Positions 40,453 through 50,155 of a DNA stretch of 64,000 bases are shown one piece after another. Location: contig OZ246001.1 in the NCBI GenBank assembly GCA_965230295.1, positions 1,408,001 to 1,472,000 of the forward strand. The letters run 5' to 3'. Under the pieces are notes generated by a model. The model did not search any database and was not told the origin of the DNA. It saw only the letters and a list, made by a program, of their open reading frames with translations. Made by a program: the position numbers and the translations under genes. Origin of the DNA: Marinicella sp. Lineage in GTDB: Bacteria; Pseudomonadota; Gammaproteobacteria; Xanthomonadales; Marinicellaceae. Each line of letters starts with the position of its first letter. Position 1 is the first letter of the stretch.

Positions 40453-41966
40453 TCAAAGGCCAACACTTAATCGATGGACAATGGCATCCCGGCAACAGCA
40501 CATTCACAGCAGAGTGTCTTTCTGTTCAACCGCCACAAATCCACAATGCCACCACTGACTTGGTCGATCAAGCCGTGCAGGCTGCACACCATGCATTCCT
40601 GACCTATGGACAATCCACCAACCAAGAAAGGGCCAAGCTGTTGAATGCCGTTGCGGAACAAATCAATCAGAACCGTGAAGCCATTTGTGCGATGGGTGCA
40701 GAAGAGTCTGGCTTGCCTTTGGCACGACTGGACGGTGAATGTACCCGCACCACCCAGCAACTGAACATGTTCGCCGATTATGTGGCACAAGGGACATATC
40801 AAGACCTGAGGTTTGATGCAGCCATGCCAGATCGTACACCCATTCCCAAACCGGAAATTCGCAGTGCCATGCGTCCTTTGGGTCCGGTGGTGGTGTTTGG
40901 CGCCTCCAACTTCCCGCTGGCTTTTTCCACGGCCGGTGGTGACACCGCTTCGGCCTTGGCAGCAGGATGCCCTGTCATTGTGAAAGGACACCCTGCCCAC
41001 CCTGGCACTTCAGATCTGGTGGCCCAAGCCATTGCCCAAGCCATTGATGCTTGTGGCATGGACTCCGGCGTCTTTTCACTGGTTCAAGATTCTGGCTTTG
41101 AAGCAGCGCAACAGTTGGTGACCCACCCATTGATCAAAGCCGTAGGATTTACCGGTTCGCTTAAAGGCGGTAGGCACCTGTATGATCTTTGTACCAGTCG
41201 CCCAGAACCGATTCCGTTTTATGGTGAAATGGGCTCCATCAATCCTTTGTTTGTTTTGCCTGGCATCCTCTCCTCCTCAGCCAATGAAGTGGCCCATGGC
41301 TGGGTCAGTTCTTTGACTTTGGGTGTCGGGCAGTTTTGTACCAAACCAGGTCTACTGGTGGTTCCCAATGGTCCTGATGGCGATCAGCTGGTTGAAACTG
41401 CTGTATCCAAACTGAATGATGTGGCCACACCCGCCAACATGCTTACCCGCCCTATGGCAGCTGCTTATCAAAACAGCATCAATGAAATCACCAATCACAA
41501 TGCCAGCAAAATTCTATTCCAAGCCAACAACCAAGACCGCCAAGTCATGCCTCATGTGGTCACCACTGAAGTTCAAGAGTGGCTGAACAATCCCCTGTTA
41601 CAACAAGAGGTGTTTGGCCCTTATGCCGTGATCGTCAGGGTTGATGATGAAGCAGACATGTTCGAAATAGCGGAACAAATGGAAGGCCAACTAACGGCCA
41701 CGCTACACTTCGCGGAAAGCGATCATGCCACAGCAAAAAGCCTGATTGAATTACTGGAACAAAAAGCCGGCCGCATCATTGCCAATGGCTTTCCAACTGG
41801 CGTTGAAGTGTCTGATGCCATGGTACATGGCGGACCATACCCTGCTTCCACCTACGCCAACAGCACCTCAGTTGGCACCATGGCGATCAACCGGTTCTTA
41901 AAACCGGTTGCTTACCAAAACATACCTGAAGAACTGTTGCCTAATTCTTTACATTCGGCTTCTTAA
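40449..41966 (+). CDS. NADP-dependent aldehyde dehydrogenase (alpha-ketoglutarate semialdehyde dehydrogenase type)
   Basis: ASNFPLAFSTAGGDTASALAAG, FTGS, EMGSINP, GQFCTKPG and EVFGP motifs. Confidence 0.9.
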   Translation: MIKGQHLIDGQWHPGNSTFTAECLSVQPPQIHNATTDLVDQAVQAAHHAFLTYGQSTNQERAKLLNAVAEQINQNREAICAMGAEESGLPLARLDGECTRTTQQLNMFADYVAQGTYQDLRFDAAMPDRTPIPKPEIRSAMRPLGPVVVFGASNFPLAFSTAGGDTASALAAGCPVIVKGHPAHPGTSDLVAQAIAQAIDACGMDSGVFSLVQDSGFEAAQQLVTHPLIKAVGFTGSLKGGRHLYDLCTSRPEPIPFYGEMGSINPLFVLPGILSSSANEVAHGWVSSLTLGVGQFCTKPGLLVVPNGPDGDQLVETAVSKLNDVATPANMLTRPMAAAYQNSINEITNHNASKILFQANNQDRQVMPHVVTTEVQEWLNNPLLQQEVFGPYAVIVRVDDEADMFEIAEQMEGQLTATLHFAESDHATAKSLIELLEQKAGRIIANGFPTGVEVSDAMVHGGPYPASTYANSTSVGTMAINRFLKPVAYQNIPEELLPNSLHSAS

Positions 41967-42037
41967 GTTCAGCAGTCATACCGAAAATCAGAGCAATGTA
42001 TAAATCAAAAGTGGTCGATGGAACTATGATGGTGGAC

Positions 42038-44302
42038 TTATCGATTTTTTTGGATCATGTCTTTGAGTTGGTCTTTGATGGGTAAGCGCCTTATCCTGAT
42101 GCCACAAGCGGCAAATATGGCATTGGTCAAGGCAGGGGCCACCGGCGGCACAGGAATTTCTCCAACACCTGCCGGTTCATCGCCATGATTGATGATGAAC
42201 ACCTCCATTGATTCAGGCATTTGATTTTGCCTCAACAAGGGGTAATCATGGAAATTGTTTTGTTCAACCTGACCGTTTTTAACGGTGATTTCCAAATTCA
42301 AAGCCGTACTCAATGCATCGATGGTACCACCTTGCACTTGTGCTTCAACGCCTTTTGGATTAACCGCGAACCCGCAGTCTATGGCAGCAATGATTTTGTG
42401 AATGAGCAACCCTCCTGTAGAAGACACACTGACTTCAATGGCATGCGCTGCATAACCGCCAAAAGTGAAATGGGTGGCCAGACCAACACCGTGCCCTTGG
42501 GGCCTGGGTTGTTTGAAATCAATCTTTTCTGCCACCTCATGTAACAAATTCGCCAGGCGACCAGGGTTAAAAACCGGACCACCGTGATTCTTATAAGGAA
42601 TGTCACGCGATTCACCCAACAGCTTCATCTGAAAATCTAAAGGGTTTTGTTTAAGCTCATGAGCCATTTCATCGATGAAACTTTGAATCGCAAATGCATT
42701 GGCTGTGTGTGCAGGTGCTCGCCAAGATCCGCGTGGCATGCCCGACTTGGCAGCATGGTATTCCATATGGAAATTTTTAATCACATTAGCCGGATAATCA
42801 TCTTCGTACAGTTCTGATTTGGCATAATCAGACTCTGGCACATTGGGACGGCGGTAGTATTTACTCGCTGAAGCCAGTCGGTGTTGCCAAGCAATCAGTG
42901 TACCTTGATCATTCACTGCAGCCCGCATTTCATGCAAGCCGGATGGCCGATAAAAATCATGCTTCATGTCATCCTCTCTCGACCAATGCAACTTGATGGG
43001 CCAACCCGTTGCTTGTGAAATGAGGCATGCCTCCGCGACAAAGTCGCTGATGATGCGGCGACCAAACCCGCCTCCAACTCGTGTCATTTCAACCTGGATT
43101 GACATTCGATCAAGCCCAGTGATTTCTGCAGCCATGCGTGACACGCCACTGGGCATCTGGGTTGGCACAATGATCAAAGCCTGATCTGCTTTAACATGCG
43201 CAAAACAGTTTTGTGGTTCCAATGTTGCATGGGCCACAAACGGGATGTCATAACGACGACTGAATTTATATTTACCCGAATCATAAGCATTTTCAAAATC
43301 CCCATCACTTCGGACAGTCTGCCCTTTGGTGTTCAGTAAATTTTTTAAATGCTGTTTGAATGAAGCCGTTGATTCCTGGCTGAAAGGACCTTGTTCCCAT
43401 TCCACCTCTAATGCAGCAATGCCCCGAATGGCTGCCCAAGTATTCTCGGCAACCACCGCCACACCACTGGCAATAACAGTGTAAGGGTCTTTGGTGGCTG
43501 GCCCATCAATTTTGACAGTTTTAAGAACACCGGGCACCAATAAAGTTTTACTTTCATCGTATGATTTTACTTTTCCATCCAAATGCGGCGATCGCTTAAC
43601 CATAGCCACTTTCATGCCTTTGATCTGGGTATCAATACCAAATTTAACCTGTCCAGTAACAATTTCTTTGGCCGAAACAACCGATTGAGGCTTGCCTAAT
43701 ATTTTGAAATTTTTAGGGTCCTTGAGCGGCGGATCTGACGCAGGAATGGACTGTTTGGCTGCCAGTTTTATCAAAGAGGCATAACTTGCTTTTTGGTCTT
43801 TTTCCGGACCCAGCACATGGCCACCTTGGGTAGAACATTGCTCAACATTAATTTGCCAAAGTTTTGCTGCTGCGGTGATGAACTGGCGCCTGACAATGGC
43901 ACCAGCTTTCCGCAAATAGGGCCAACTGACTCGTGTGCTTTGGCTACCAACCGCACCTTGAGGACCGTGTTTCCAGGTTACACCTTTTTCAGTCTTGACC
44001 AAGCCCAAGGGTAATTGTTTTACGCTAACCTGTGACCACAGGACATCCAATTCCTCCGCCACCATCATCGGCGCAACTGTTCTTGACCCCTGGCCTATTT
44101 CCGGGTGTGGGCTGCCAATAATGATCTGGTTATCAGGTTTAACCTCTATGAAAAACCCAAAACGCCCTTCTTCAAGATTTGATTGGCTGGCAACATCCAA
44201 AGCCCTTGCTTTGGCTGAGACCGTGAACAATAAGCCGCCAGAAATAGAAAGCCCTACTTTGAAAAACTGCCTGCGATCCATCGTATGTTCATTTTTATTC
44301 AT
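42038..44302 (-). CDS. iorB: Isoquinoline 1-oxidoreductase beta-like molybdopterin subunit (Tat-exported)
   Basis: DRRQFFK Tat motif; EIGQG, GGGFGRR, WRAP and GVGE..VPPVAPAL motifs. Confidence 0.85.
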   Translation of the reverse strand: MNKNEHTMDRRQFFKVGLSISGGLLFTVSAKARALDVASQSNLEEGRFGFFIEVKPDNQIIIGSPHPEIGQGSRTVAPMMVAEELDVLWSQVSVKQLPLGLVKTEKGVTWKHGPQGAVGSQSTRVSWPYLRKAGAIVRRQFITAAAKLWQINVEQCSTQGGHVLGPEKDQKASYASLIKLAAKQSIPASDPPLKDPKNFKILGKPQSVVSAKEIVTGQVKFGIDTQIKGMKVAMVKRSPHLDGKVKSYDESKTLLVPGVLKTVKIDGPATKDPYTVIASGVAVVAENTWAAIRGIAALEVEWEQGPFSQESTASFKQHLKNLLNTKGQTVRSDGDFENAYDSGKYKFSRRYDIPFVAHATLEPQNCFAHVKADQALIIVPTQMPSGVSRMAAEITGLDRMSIQVEMTRVGGGFGRRIISDFVAEACLISQATGWPIKLHWSREDDMKHDFYRPSGLHEMRAAVNDQGTLIAWQHRLASASKYYRRPNVPESDYAKSELYEDDYPANVIKNFHMEYHAAKSGMPRGSWRAPAHTANAFAIQSFIDEMAHELKQNPLDFQMKLLGESRDIPYKNHGGPVFNPGRLANLLHEVAEKIDFKQPRPQGHGVGLATHFTFGGYAAHAIEVSVSSTGGLLIHKIIAAIDCGFAVNPKGVEAQVQGGTIDALSTALNLEITVKNGQVEQNNFHDYPLLRQNQMPESMEVFIINHGDEPAGVGEIPVPPVAPALTNAIFAACGIRIRRLPIKDQLKDMIQKNR

Positions 44303-44769
44303 TGTGCTTTTTCCTCTGCAAGCAACTCAGTTGCACGGTGTATAGCTGACTTGATCCTGTCATAAGTGCCACACCGGCAAATATTACTCATGGCTGAAAT
44401 GATTTCACTGTCAGATGGTTTTGAACGGGTGCTTAATAAATGGGTTGCCGCCATGATTTGGCCCGCCTGACAATAACCACATTGCGGTACATCCATTTCA
44501 ATCCAGGCTTGCTGTACGGCGGTTAATTCACCCTCTTTGGCCAGGCCTTCTATGGTGGTGATGGATTGACCAGCAATGGCAGAAACAGATGTGGTGCATG
44601 ATCTGATAGATGCACCATTTAAATGGACAGTACATGCGCCACACTGACCTATCCCACAACCATACTTGGTACCTGTTAAACCCAGTTCATCACGCAATAC
44701 CCACAAAACAGGCATGTCTGGATCGCCATTGAATTGAACCTCTTTTTGATTCACTTTAAATACTATCAT
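44299..44769 (-). CDS. iorA: (2Fe-2S)-binding small subunit
   Basis: GTKYGCGIGQCGACTV, QCGYCQAG and NICRCGTY motifs. Confidence 0.9.
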   Translation of the reverse strand: MIVFKVNQKEVQFNGDPDMPVLWVLRDELGLTGTKYGCGIGQCGACTVHLNGASIRSCTTSVSAIAGQSITTIEGLAKEGELTAVQQAWIEMDVPQCGYCQAGQIMAATHLLSTRSKPSDSEIISAMSNICRCGTYDRIKSAIHRATELLAEEKAQ

Positions 44770-44870
44770 CACGTTACCTTTCAATCAGTTTGCCATTCCA
44801 AGCATGTCAGCCCTTCATTGGGTGTTTGATAATGGTCAGCATGTTCAATTGACCACTCAGCATTAATTAA

Positions 44871-44908
44871 TTTGTATAATACAACTATTTATTTGTATAA
44901 TACAACTA
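44871..44908. promoter_or_regulatory. Tandem palindromic operator TTGTAT-A-ATACAA x2
   Basis: TTTGTATAATACAACTA is repeated with 21-bp spacing. Confidence 0.65.
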
Positions 44909-44934
44909 CTTTGTACCAATGGAAACCGATATCT

Positions 44935-45822
44935 ATGTTTAAAATCATCCTTACGTTGCTGTCCCTTACACAATTTCCTGACGTGTTGGATGCCCAATAT
45001 AAAATAGCACCTCTTGAATCAGTGACTGGGCATTATCGAGATCTCAGTCAATTTGACCACCGACCCAGCGCGGAAAGATCTGCCCTTGACGACATCATTT
45101 TCCCACCACACGAAAACGGCCCAGGAACAGCTTTCATCGGTCAGGAACTGGCTTATTTGACCCAAACAGAATTACAAACATTGATCAGGCTGGTTAAACC
45201 ACCTGCCAACAGTTCTGATCAAACAGCTGCTGAAATTCGTTACCTGAAAGATCTGGAAAGGGCCAGGACTGACCAAATAAAAAACCGGGTCATGGACATT
45301 GCTCACATTGGTTATTGGCCTGACCTTGACCCCAATTCATCAAGCCCTGGCATGAATTTTTCACATTTATTCTGGGAGTATACAGAAGTGTTTGATAAGG
45401 CCTTTGACAACCAGAACCGTCCAAAAACGGCAAAACTGTTACAAGGAGTTACCCGTGATGCGCGAATCATTGAATTTACTTTGAAGGCGCATTTTAATCG
45501 GGCCAGACCATACCACCTAAATTCAGAACTGGATGTCATGACCAAAATCAATTCACCTTCTTTTCCAAGCGGCCACACCCTTTGGGCATACGTTCAAGCC
45601 TTTATATGGAGTGAGTTGTTTCCTAACAACCGCTTAGATTTTTTGACTGTGGCCAGAGAAGTCGGCGAGTCTCGAGAAATCATGGGAATCCATTACCCAA
45701 GCGATGAAGAAGCTGCCCGAATTCTGGCCCATCGCATGATTGAATTGATGTCAAACAACCCAATATTCATCACAGACATCAAGGCTGCAATGAATGAATG
45801 GAGCCAACATCAACAACAGTGA
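44935..45822 (+). CDS. PAP2 superfamily (class A acid phosphatase-like) secreted protein
   Basis: K..FNRARP, PSFPSGH and SR...GIHYPSD motifs. Confidence 0.85.
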   Translation: MFKIILTLLSLTQFPDVLDAQYKIAPLESVTGHYRDLSQFDHRPSAERSALDDIIFPPHENGPGTAFIGQELAYLTQTELQTLIRLVKPPANSSDQTAAEIRYLKDLERARTDQIKNRVMDIAHIGYWPDLDPNSSSPGMNFSHLFWEYTEVFDKAFDNQNRPKTAKLLQGVTRDARIIEFTLKAHFNRARPYHLNSELDVMTKINSPSFPSGHTLWAYVQAFIWSELFPNNRLDFLTVAREVGESREIMGIHYPSDEEAARILAHRMIELMSNNPIFITDIKAAMNEWSQHQQQ

Positions 45823-45844
45823 TACCCTCCTTGCCGGGCAGCCA

Positions 45845-46309
45845 TCAAGATTGACAAAGGCCACTGGAAGACGATTTAAGCGCTTCGTTAAGTTTTTCGA
45901 GAAACTCAATCACCAGCTCTTTTTGTTCATCAGAGAAATGGTCTAAAACTGCCTGTTCTGATTGGCTGATCTGCTGCCAAATCTCTTGGTATTTATCAGA
46001 ACCAATCTGGGTCAGCTCACAATAATAAACCCGCTTATCGAGTTCGCTTTTGGTCCTTTTTACGTATTTTTTTTCCTGCAAATGATTAAATACCCTGGTA
46101 ATGGTGCTGATATCCAGATGCATTTTTTGAGCCAGTTCGGAAACCGTTAAAGCACCATGAAAATAAAGCGTTTCCAGCACATAACATTGACTCACTGACA
46201 GTCCATGACAACAATAATTTTCACGGTCACGGAATTGGTATTTTTTAATGAACTCCACCAACTGTAAGTGGAATTGTTCAACTTGTTTATCTGCTGTTGA
46301 GTTAGGCAT
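45845..46309 (-). CDS. MarR family regulator with Cys-rich N-terminus
   Basis: CCHGLSVSQC..ELAQKMHLDISTITR..DKR..LT..G. Confidence 0.9.
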   Translation of the reverse strand: MPNSTADKQVEQFHLQLVEFIKKYQFRDRENYCCHGLSVSQCYVLETLYFHGALTVSELAQKMHLDISTITRVFNHLQEKKYVKRTKSELDKRVYYCELTQIGSDKYQEIWQQISQSEQAVLDHFSDEQKELVIEFLEKLNEALKSSSSGLCQS

Positions 46310-46435
46310 AGATCAATCATACCAGAAATGAAACCATGCCATTCTAACTGCCAACCACCCACACTGAAAACATTTTGTCTCTCATCACATCTAACAATCA
46401 AATTTTAGATGGAATTATCATTGGGCATCGTATAG

Positions 46436-46462
46436 AATATATTTGTATCATACAAATATATT
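46436..46462. promoter_or_regulatory. Palindromic operator overlapping the decarboxylase start region
   Basis: AATATATTTGTAT-C-ATACAAATATATT (13-bp arms), same core as the 44871 site. Confidence 0.7.
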
Positions 46463-46468
46463 TAAATC

Positions 46469-47932
46469 ATGGGTTTCATCAATGACACCAACATCGTTGC
46501 CAAGGCGTTATCTGATCATCAACAAAACAACATCAGTGGAGAGTCTCCCACCATCACTCTATCACCCATCAATGACCTGCTGACACAATTAGATTGTGAT
46601 GGGTTGATTCAACTTGGCGGGCTGACAGGAACCAAACTCAAAGAATTTGTGCAGCTATACCTGCAAAATTCAACCAGTTTACACAACCCAGGTTACCTGG
46701 GCCACCAATGTGCAGCACCTCATTATTCTGCTGCTCTGTCAGCATTCATCGATGCTCACATGAATAATGTAACAGCCATTTATGAGATGGGGCCAGCTGC
46801 ATCAGCGATTGAATTTTTCATGGTTAACTGGATGTTAGAAAAGGTGGGTTGGCAAACAGAACAAGTCAACGCCAGTTCTCAGTTGAATGAAGGTGGAGGC
46901 GTTTTTGTCAACGGCGGCTCAATGGCGAATTTACTCTGTTTGATCGCTGCGAGGAAATTTGCTATACCCAATATATATGAGCTGGGCTCTCTGGGTAATC
47001 AAGCCTATATGGTGGCCGAAAATGCCCACTATTCAATCACCAAAGCCATAGAAATCATGGGCGTTGGTCAAACCGGCATTTACCCCATCCCACTTAAGCG
47101 CAATGGATCGATTAACACCGACACATTGAATGACGTCTTGACCACCATTCGACAAGATCAAAAAATACCCGTGTGTCTGGTAGCCAATGCATGTAACACG
47201 GCGATAGGTACTTATGATGACTTGACGACAATAGGTGCATTTTGTCAGCAAAATGATTTATGGCTGCACATAGATGGTGCCCACGGTGCCAGCGCATTGC
47301 TTTCATCCAAACACCGAATAAAATTGAAGGGCATACAGTCAGCAAACTCCTTGATATGGGATGCCCACAAAATGATGCAGACACCCTCTTTATGTGCAGC
47401 CGCATTAGTTAGAAACAAACAACACCTGAATCAAGCCATGCATCAAGAAGCCAGTTACCTGTTTCATGAAAAGGAAAACCCTGGCATCGACTTCTTGCAC
47501 CGTACCATTGAATGTACCAAAGGCAGTTTGGCCACCAAGTTGTTTTTCAGTCTGGCTCATTCAGGCGAAAAGGCGCTGGAACAATTCATTGACTCACAGT
47601 ACCAGATGGCTTTGACCGCTTATGAATTATTGCAAAAAACCCATGGCATTGAAGTAGCCATTTCACCCGAAAGCAACATTTTATGTTTCCGGTTTGATTC
47701 ATTATCTGATGCCAACCATTTAAGACTGAGAGATCTTTTGCACCAAGAGGGCTCTTTTTACATCACCACGACTGCATTCAATAACCGCACTTTCTTGAGG
47801 TTGGTTTTTATGAATGAAAACACCCGACTCAAACACATCAAAGAGTTGATTCAAAAACTGATGATGTTAAGCAAAGAGTTGCTTAACGACAATACCGTAC
47901 CAATACAAAATGACCACCTATACAATCACTGA
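46469..47932 (+). CDS. Group II PLP-dependent decarboxylase (DDC/DABA-decarboxylase-like)
   Basis: GGSMANL, HYS, WLHIDGAHG and WDAHK (PLP lysine) motifs. Confidence 0.9.
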   Translation: MGFINDTNIVAKALSDHQQNNISGESPTITLSPINDLLTQLDCDGLIQLGGLTGTKLKEFVQLYLQNSTSLHNPGYLGHQCAAPHYSAALSAFIDAHMNNVTAIYEMGPAASAIEFFMVNWMLEKVGWQTEQVNASSQLNEGGGVFVNGGSMANLLCLIAARKFAIPNIYELGSLGNQAYMVAENAHYSITKAIEIMGVGQTGIYPIPLKRNGSINTDTLNDVLTTIRQDQKIPVCLVANACNTAIGTYDDLTTIGAFCQQNDLWLHIDGAHGASALLSSKHRIKLKGIQSANSLIWDAHKMMQTPSLCAAALVRNKQHLNQAMHQEASYLFHEKENPGIDFLHRTIECTKGSLATKLFFSLAHSGEKALEQFIDSQYQMALTAYELLQKTHGIEVAISPESNILCFRFDSLSDANHLRLRDLLHQEGSFYITTTAFNNRTFLRLVFMNENTRLKHIKELIQKLMMLSKELLNDNTVPIQNDHLYNH

Positions 47933-48389
47933 ACACCACAAACACTCATTTGAGCATTTCCGGCGGCTGAATAAGCAATGGAGAGAAACCTATTTTCCTG
48001 ATCACTCAGGTCATGATGAATTGTTGCACAATCCGGGCCTTATCCTACATGAAGGCGGGTGTGTGTTCTATGCCATTGCAAACAACAAAATTGTCGGATG
48101 TGGCGGTTTAAGAAACCACCAACATGGCATTTATGAAATCGTCAAAATGGCAGTCGATCCAAAATACCAGGAGATGGGAATGGGAACTGCTTTGTTGAAA
48201 GCCTTGATCACTCGATTTAATACGCAATCAGGGAATCGATTATTTTTGCAAACACACTCCAACTTAACAGCAGCCATCAAACTTTACCAAAAACATCATT
48301 TCGTTGAAGCATCAACAGAAAAAAATTCGATTCAATGTGGCTGTAACACCCACATGGAATACCAAAACATTCATCAACAGGAGCCATGA
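47910..48389 (+). CDS. GNAT family N-acetyltransferase
   Basis: KMAVDPKYQEMGMG..AIKLYQKHHF. Confidence 0.88.
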   Translation: MTTYTITEHHKHSFEHFRRLNKQWRETYFPDHSGHDELLHNPGLILHEGGCVFYAIANNKIVGCGGLRNHQHGIYEIVKMAVDPKYQEMGMGTALLKALITRFNTQSGNRLFLQTHSNLTAAIKLYQKHHFVEASTEKNSIQCGCNTHMEYQNIHQQEP

Positions 48390-48390
48390 T

Positions 48391-48804
48391 ATGAAGAAAG
48401 TAACCGGTATAGGCGGCATATTTTTTAAGTGCAAAGAACCAGAAAAAGTCAAAATGTGGTACGCCAAACACCTTGGCCTAAACGTGGACCAATATGGGAC
48501 CTCTTTTGAATGGCGACAAGCCAAAGACCCAACACAAAAAGGGTTTCTGCAGTGGTCACCGTTCAACCAAACAACAGAATATTTCCATCCTTCTGACCAA
48601 AATTTTATGATCAATTATCGGGTGGATGATTTAAGGTCACTGCTTAAAACCTTAAGGGCCAGCGGTGTGGTCATTCTGGATGAAATCGAAGAAACAGAAT
48701 ATGGCAAGTTTGTCCATGTTTTGGACCTGGAAAACAACAAAGTTCAACTTTGGGAACCCATCGATGATGCCTATGATGAAATGATTGAAGGACGAACTAG
48801 TTGA
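48391..48804 (+). CDS. VOC family protein
   Basis: MKKVTGIGGIFFK..MINYRVDD..YGKF..DLENNKVQLWEP; AGGAG RBS. Confidence 0.9.
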   Translation: MKKVTGIGGIFFKCKEPEKVKMWYAKHLGLNVDQYGTSFEWRQAKDPTQKGFLQWSPFNQTTEYFHPSDQNFMINYRVDDLRSLLKTLRASGVVILDEIEETEYGKFVHVLDLENNKVQLWEPIDDAYDEMIEGRTS

Positions 48805-48894
48805 CTGTAATTGAGTCACTGATTGCTGGCATTTTTTCATATAAAAGTCATTTGATTGAAGTAAAATGTTTTCGATTTACTTTGACTCAATGAC

Positions 48895-49713
48895 ATGAAA
48901 AATACCTTAATAATTATCTCATTTTTGTTGTGCATTGGTTGTTCACAAAAGACCATAAAACAACAATCTGATGGCCTGACTCAAAACAATTTACCACCCA
49001 TCAAAGAACATTTGGTGATGGCCACGTTGTGGATACAAAATGCCGCCGAATACAAAGCCTTGTGCCACCAAGCTTACAATGTCGCAAAAAATCGCATTGA
49101 CTGGTTGTTGGCCAACCACCAGTCCGATAAACCAATGGCTTTGATTGCAGATATTGATGAGACCGTCTTAGACAACAGTCCTTACACCACGCGCCTGATT
49201 CAGGAAGACATCAATTACACCAGCGATACCTGGAAAGAATGGGGCCTGAAAGAAACCGCTGAACCCGTTCCTGGCGCTTTGGCTTTTTATCAGTATGCAG
49301 CAGAACAAGGCATCAACATATTTTATGTTTCCAATCGATACAATGAACAATTGACCGAGACCATCAACAACTTACAAAAACATGGCTTCCCTAACGCCAA
49401 ACCTTCACATGTGTCATTGAAAACTGCTGGCTCAGGCAAAGAGCCAAGACGCCTAGAAATCATGCAAGACTATGAAGTAGTGATGCTGCTCGGTGACAAT
49501 TTGTCCGACTTTCACCAAGCCTTTGACAACCAGTCAACCGCCAACCGCAATGCCATTGCCAACAAGATGGCCGAACAATTCGGATCTCTGTATATCGTAT
49601 TACCCAACCCCACTTATGGAGACTGGGAAACCAAAGGCCTGTATGAAGGCAATTACGATTGGACAGAAGCTGAAAAGGCCAAAATAAGAAGCAGCAAACT
49701 AAAACCTTACTGA
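48895..49713 (+). CDS. 5'-nucleotidase lipoprotein e(P4) family (class C acid phosphatase)
   Basis: Lipobox CIGC; DIDETVLDN, GDNLSDF and LPNPTYG motifs. Confidence 0.92.
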   Translation: MKNTLIIISFLLCIGCSQKTIKQQSDGLTQNNLPPIKEHLVMATLWIQNAAEYKALCHQAYNVAKNRIDWLLANHQSDKPMALIADIDETVLDNSPYTTRLIQEDINYTSDTWKEWGLKETAEPVPGALAFYQYAAEQGINIFYVSNRYNEQLTETINNLQKHGFPNAKPSHVSLKTAGSGKEPRRLEIMQDYEVVMLLGDNLSDFHQAFDNQSTANRNAIANKMAEQFGSLYIVLPNPTYGDWETKGLYEGNYDWTEAEKAKIRSSKLKPY

Positions 49714-49733
49714 TGCATCAAGCTACATTCATT

Positions 49734-50147
49734 GGAGAACTGGTGATCAGTTCGACCAGCGCAGGTAATGAAAGCATGGTGGTTTACCTGAAAGGTAATA
49801 AGCCTTGCTTGAATACCGTAGCGCGTGCTCTCGGTTAGGCAGGCTATGAAGTAATTGCGGTTTTGCAAAGCAAAGAAGCAATTTCGTAATGGCCGATCAG
49901 CCGTGAAGTCATGCTGGTCGCTATCGCATCCTGCTCACGCGACAGACCTACATCCATGTAGGCCAGTCAGAGAGAGCAAGCCCGAGGTAGTAAGTTATGC
50001 TCACTGCGGTCGCTTTCATTTTTGTCTGGAACAGACATGCAGTGCGAAGCAACTGCTCAGACAATAGTCTGTAAAGGTCGGTTTATTTGCGCAGCAAATA
50101 TGAAGACCTGTCAGACCATGAGCCAGAATGAAGACCCAAGGGCATTC
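49734..50147. repeat. Structured intergenic repeat, copy C (longest and most diverged)
   Basis: 102 bp identical to copy A; flanking stems show compensatory changes. Confidence 0.88.
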
Positions 50148-50155
50148 ATTAAGTG

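Noticed and set aside
44872-44934. N-terminal extension MYNTTIYLYNTTTLY of the PAP2 ORF
   Set aside because: It is the translated tandem operator; ATG 44935 gives a signal-peptide-like start.
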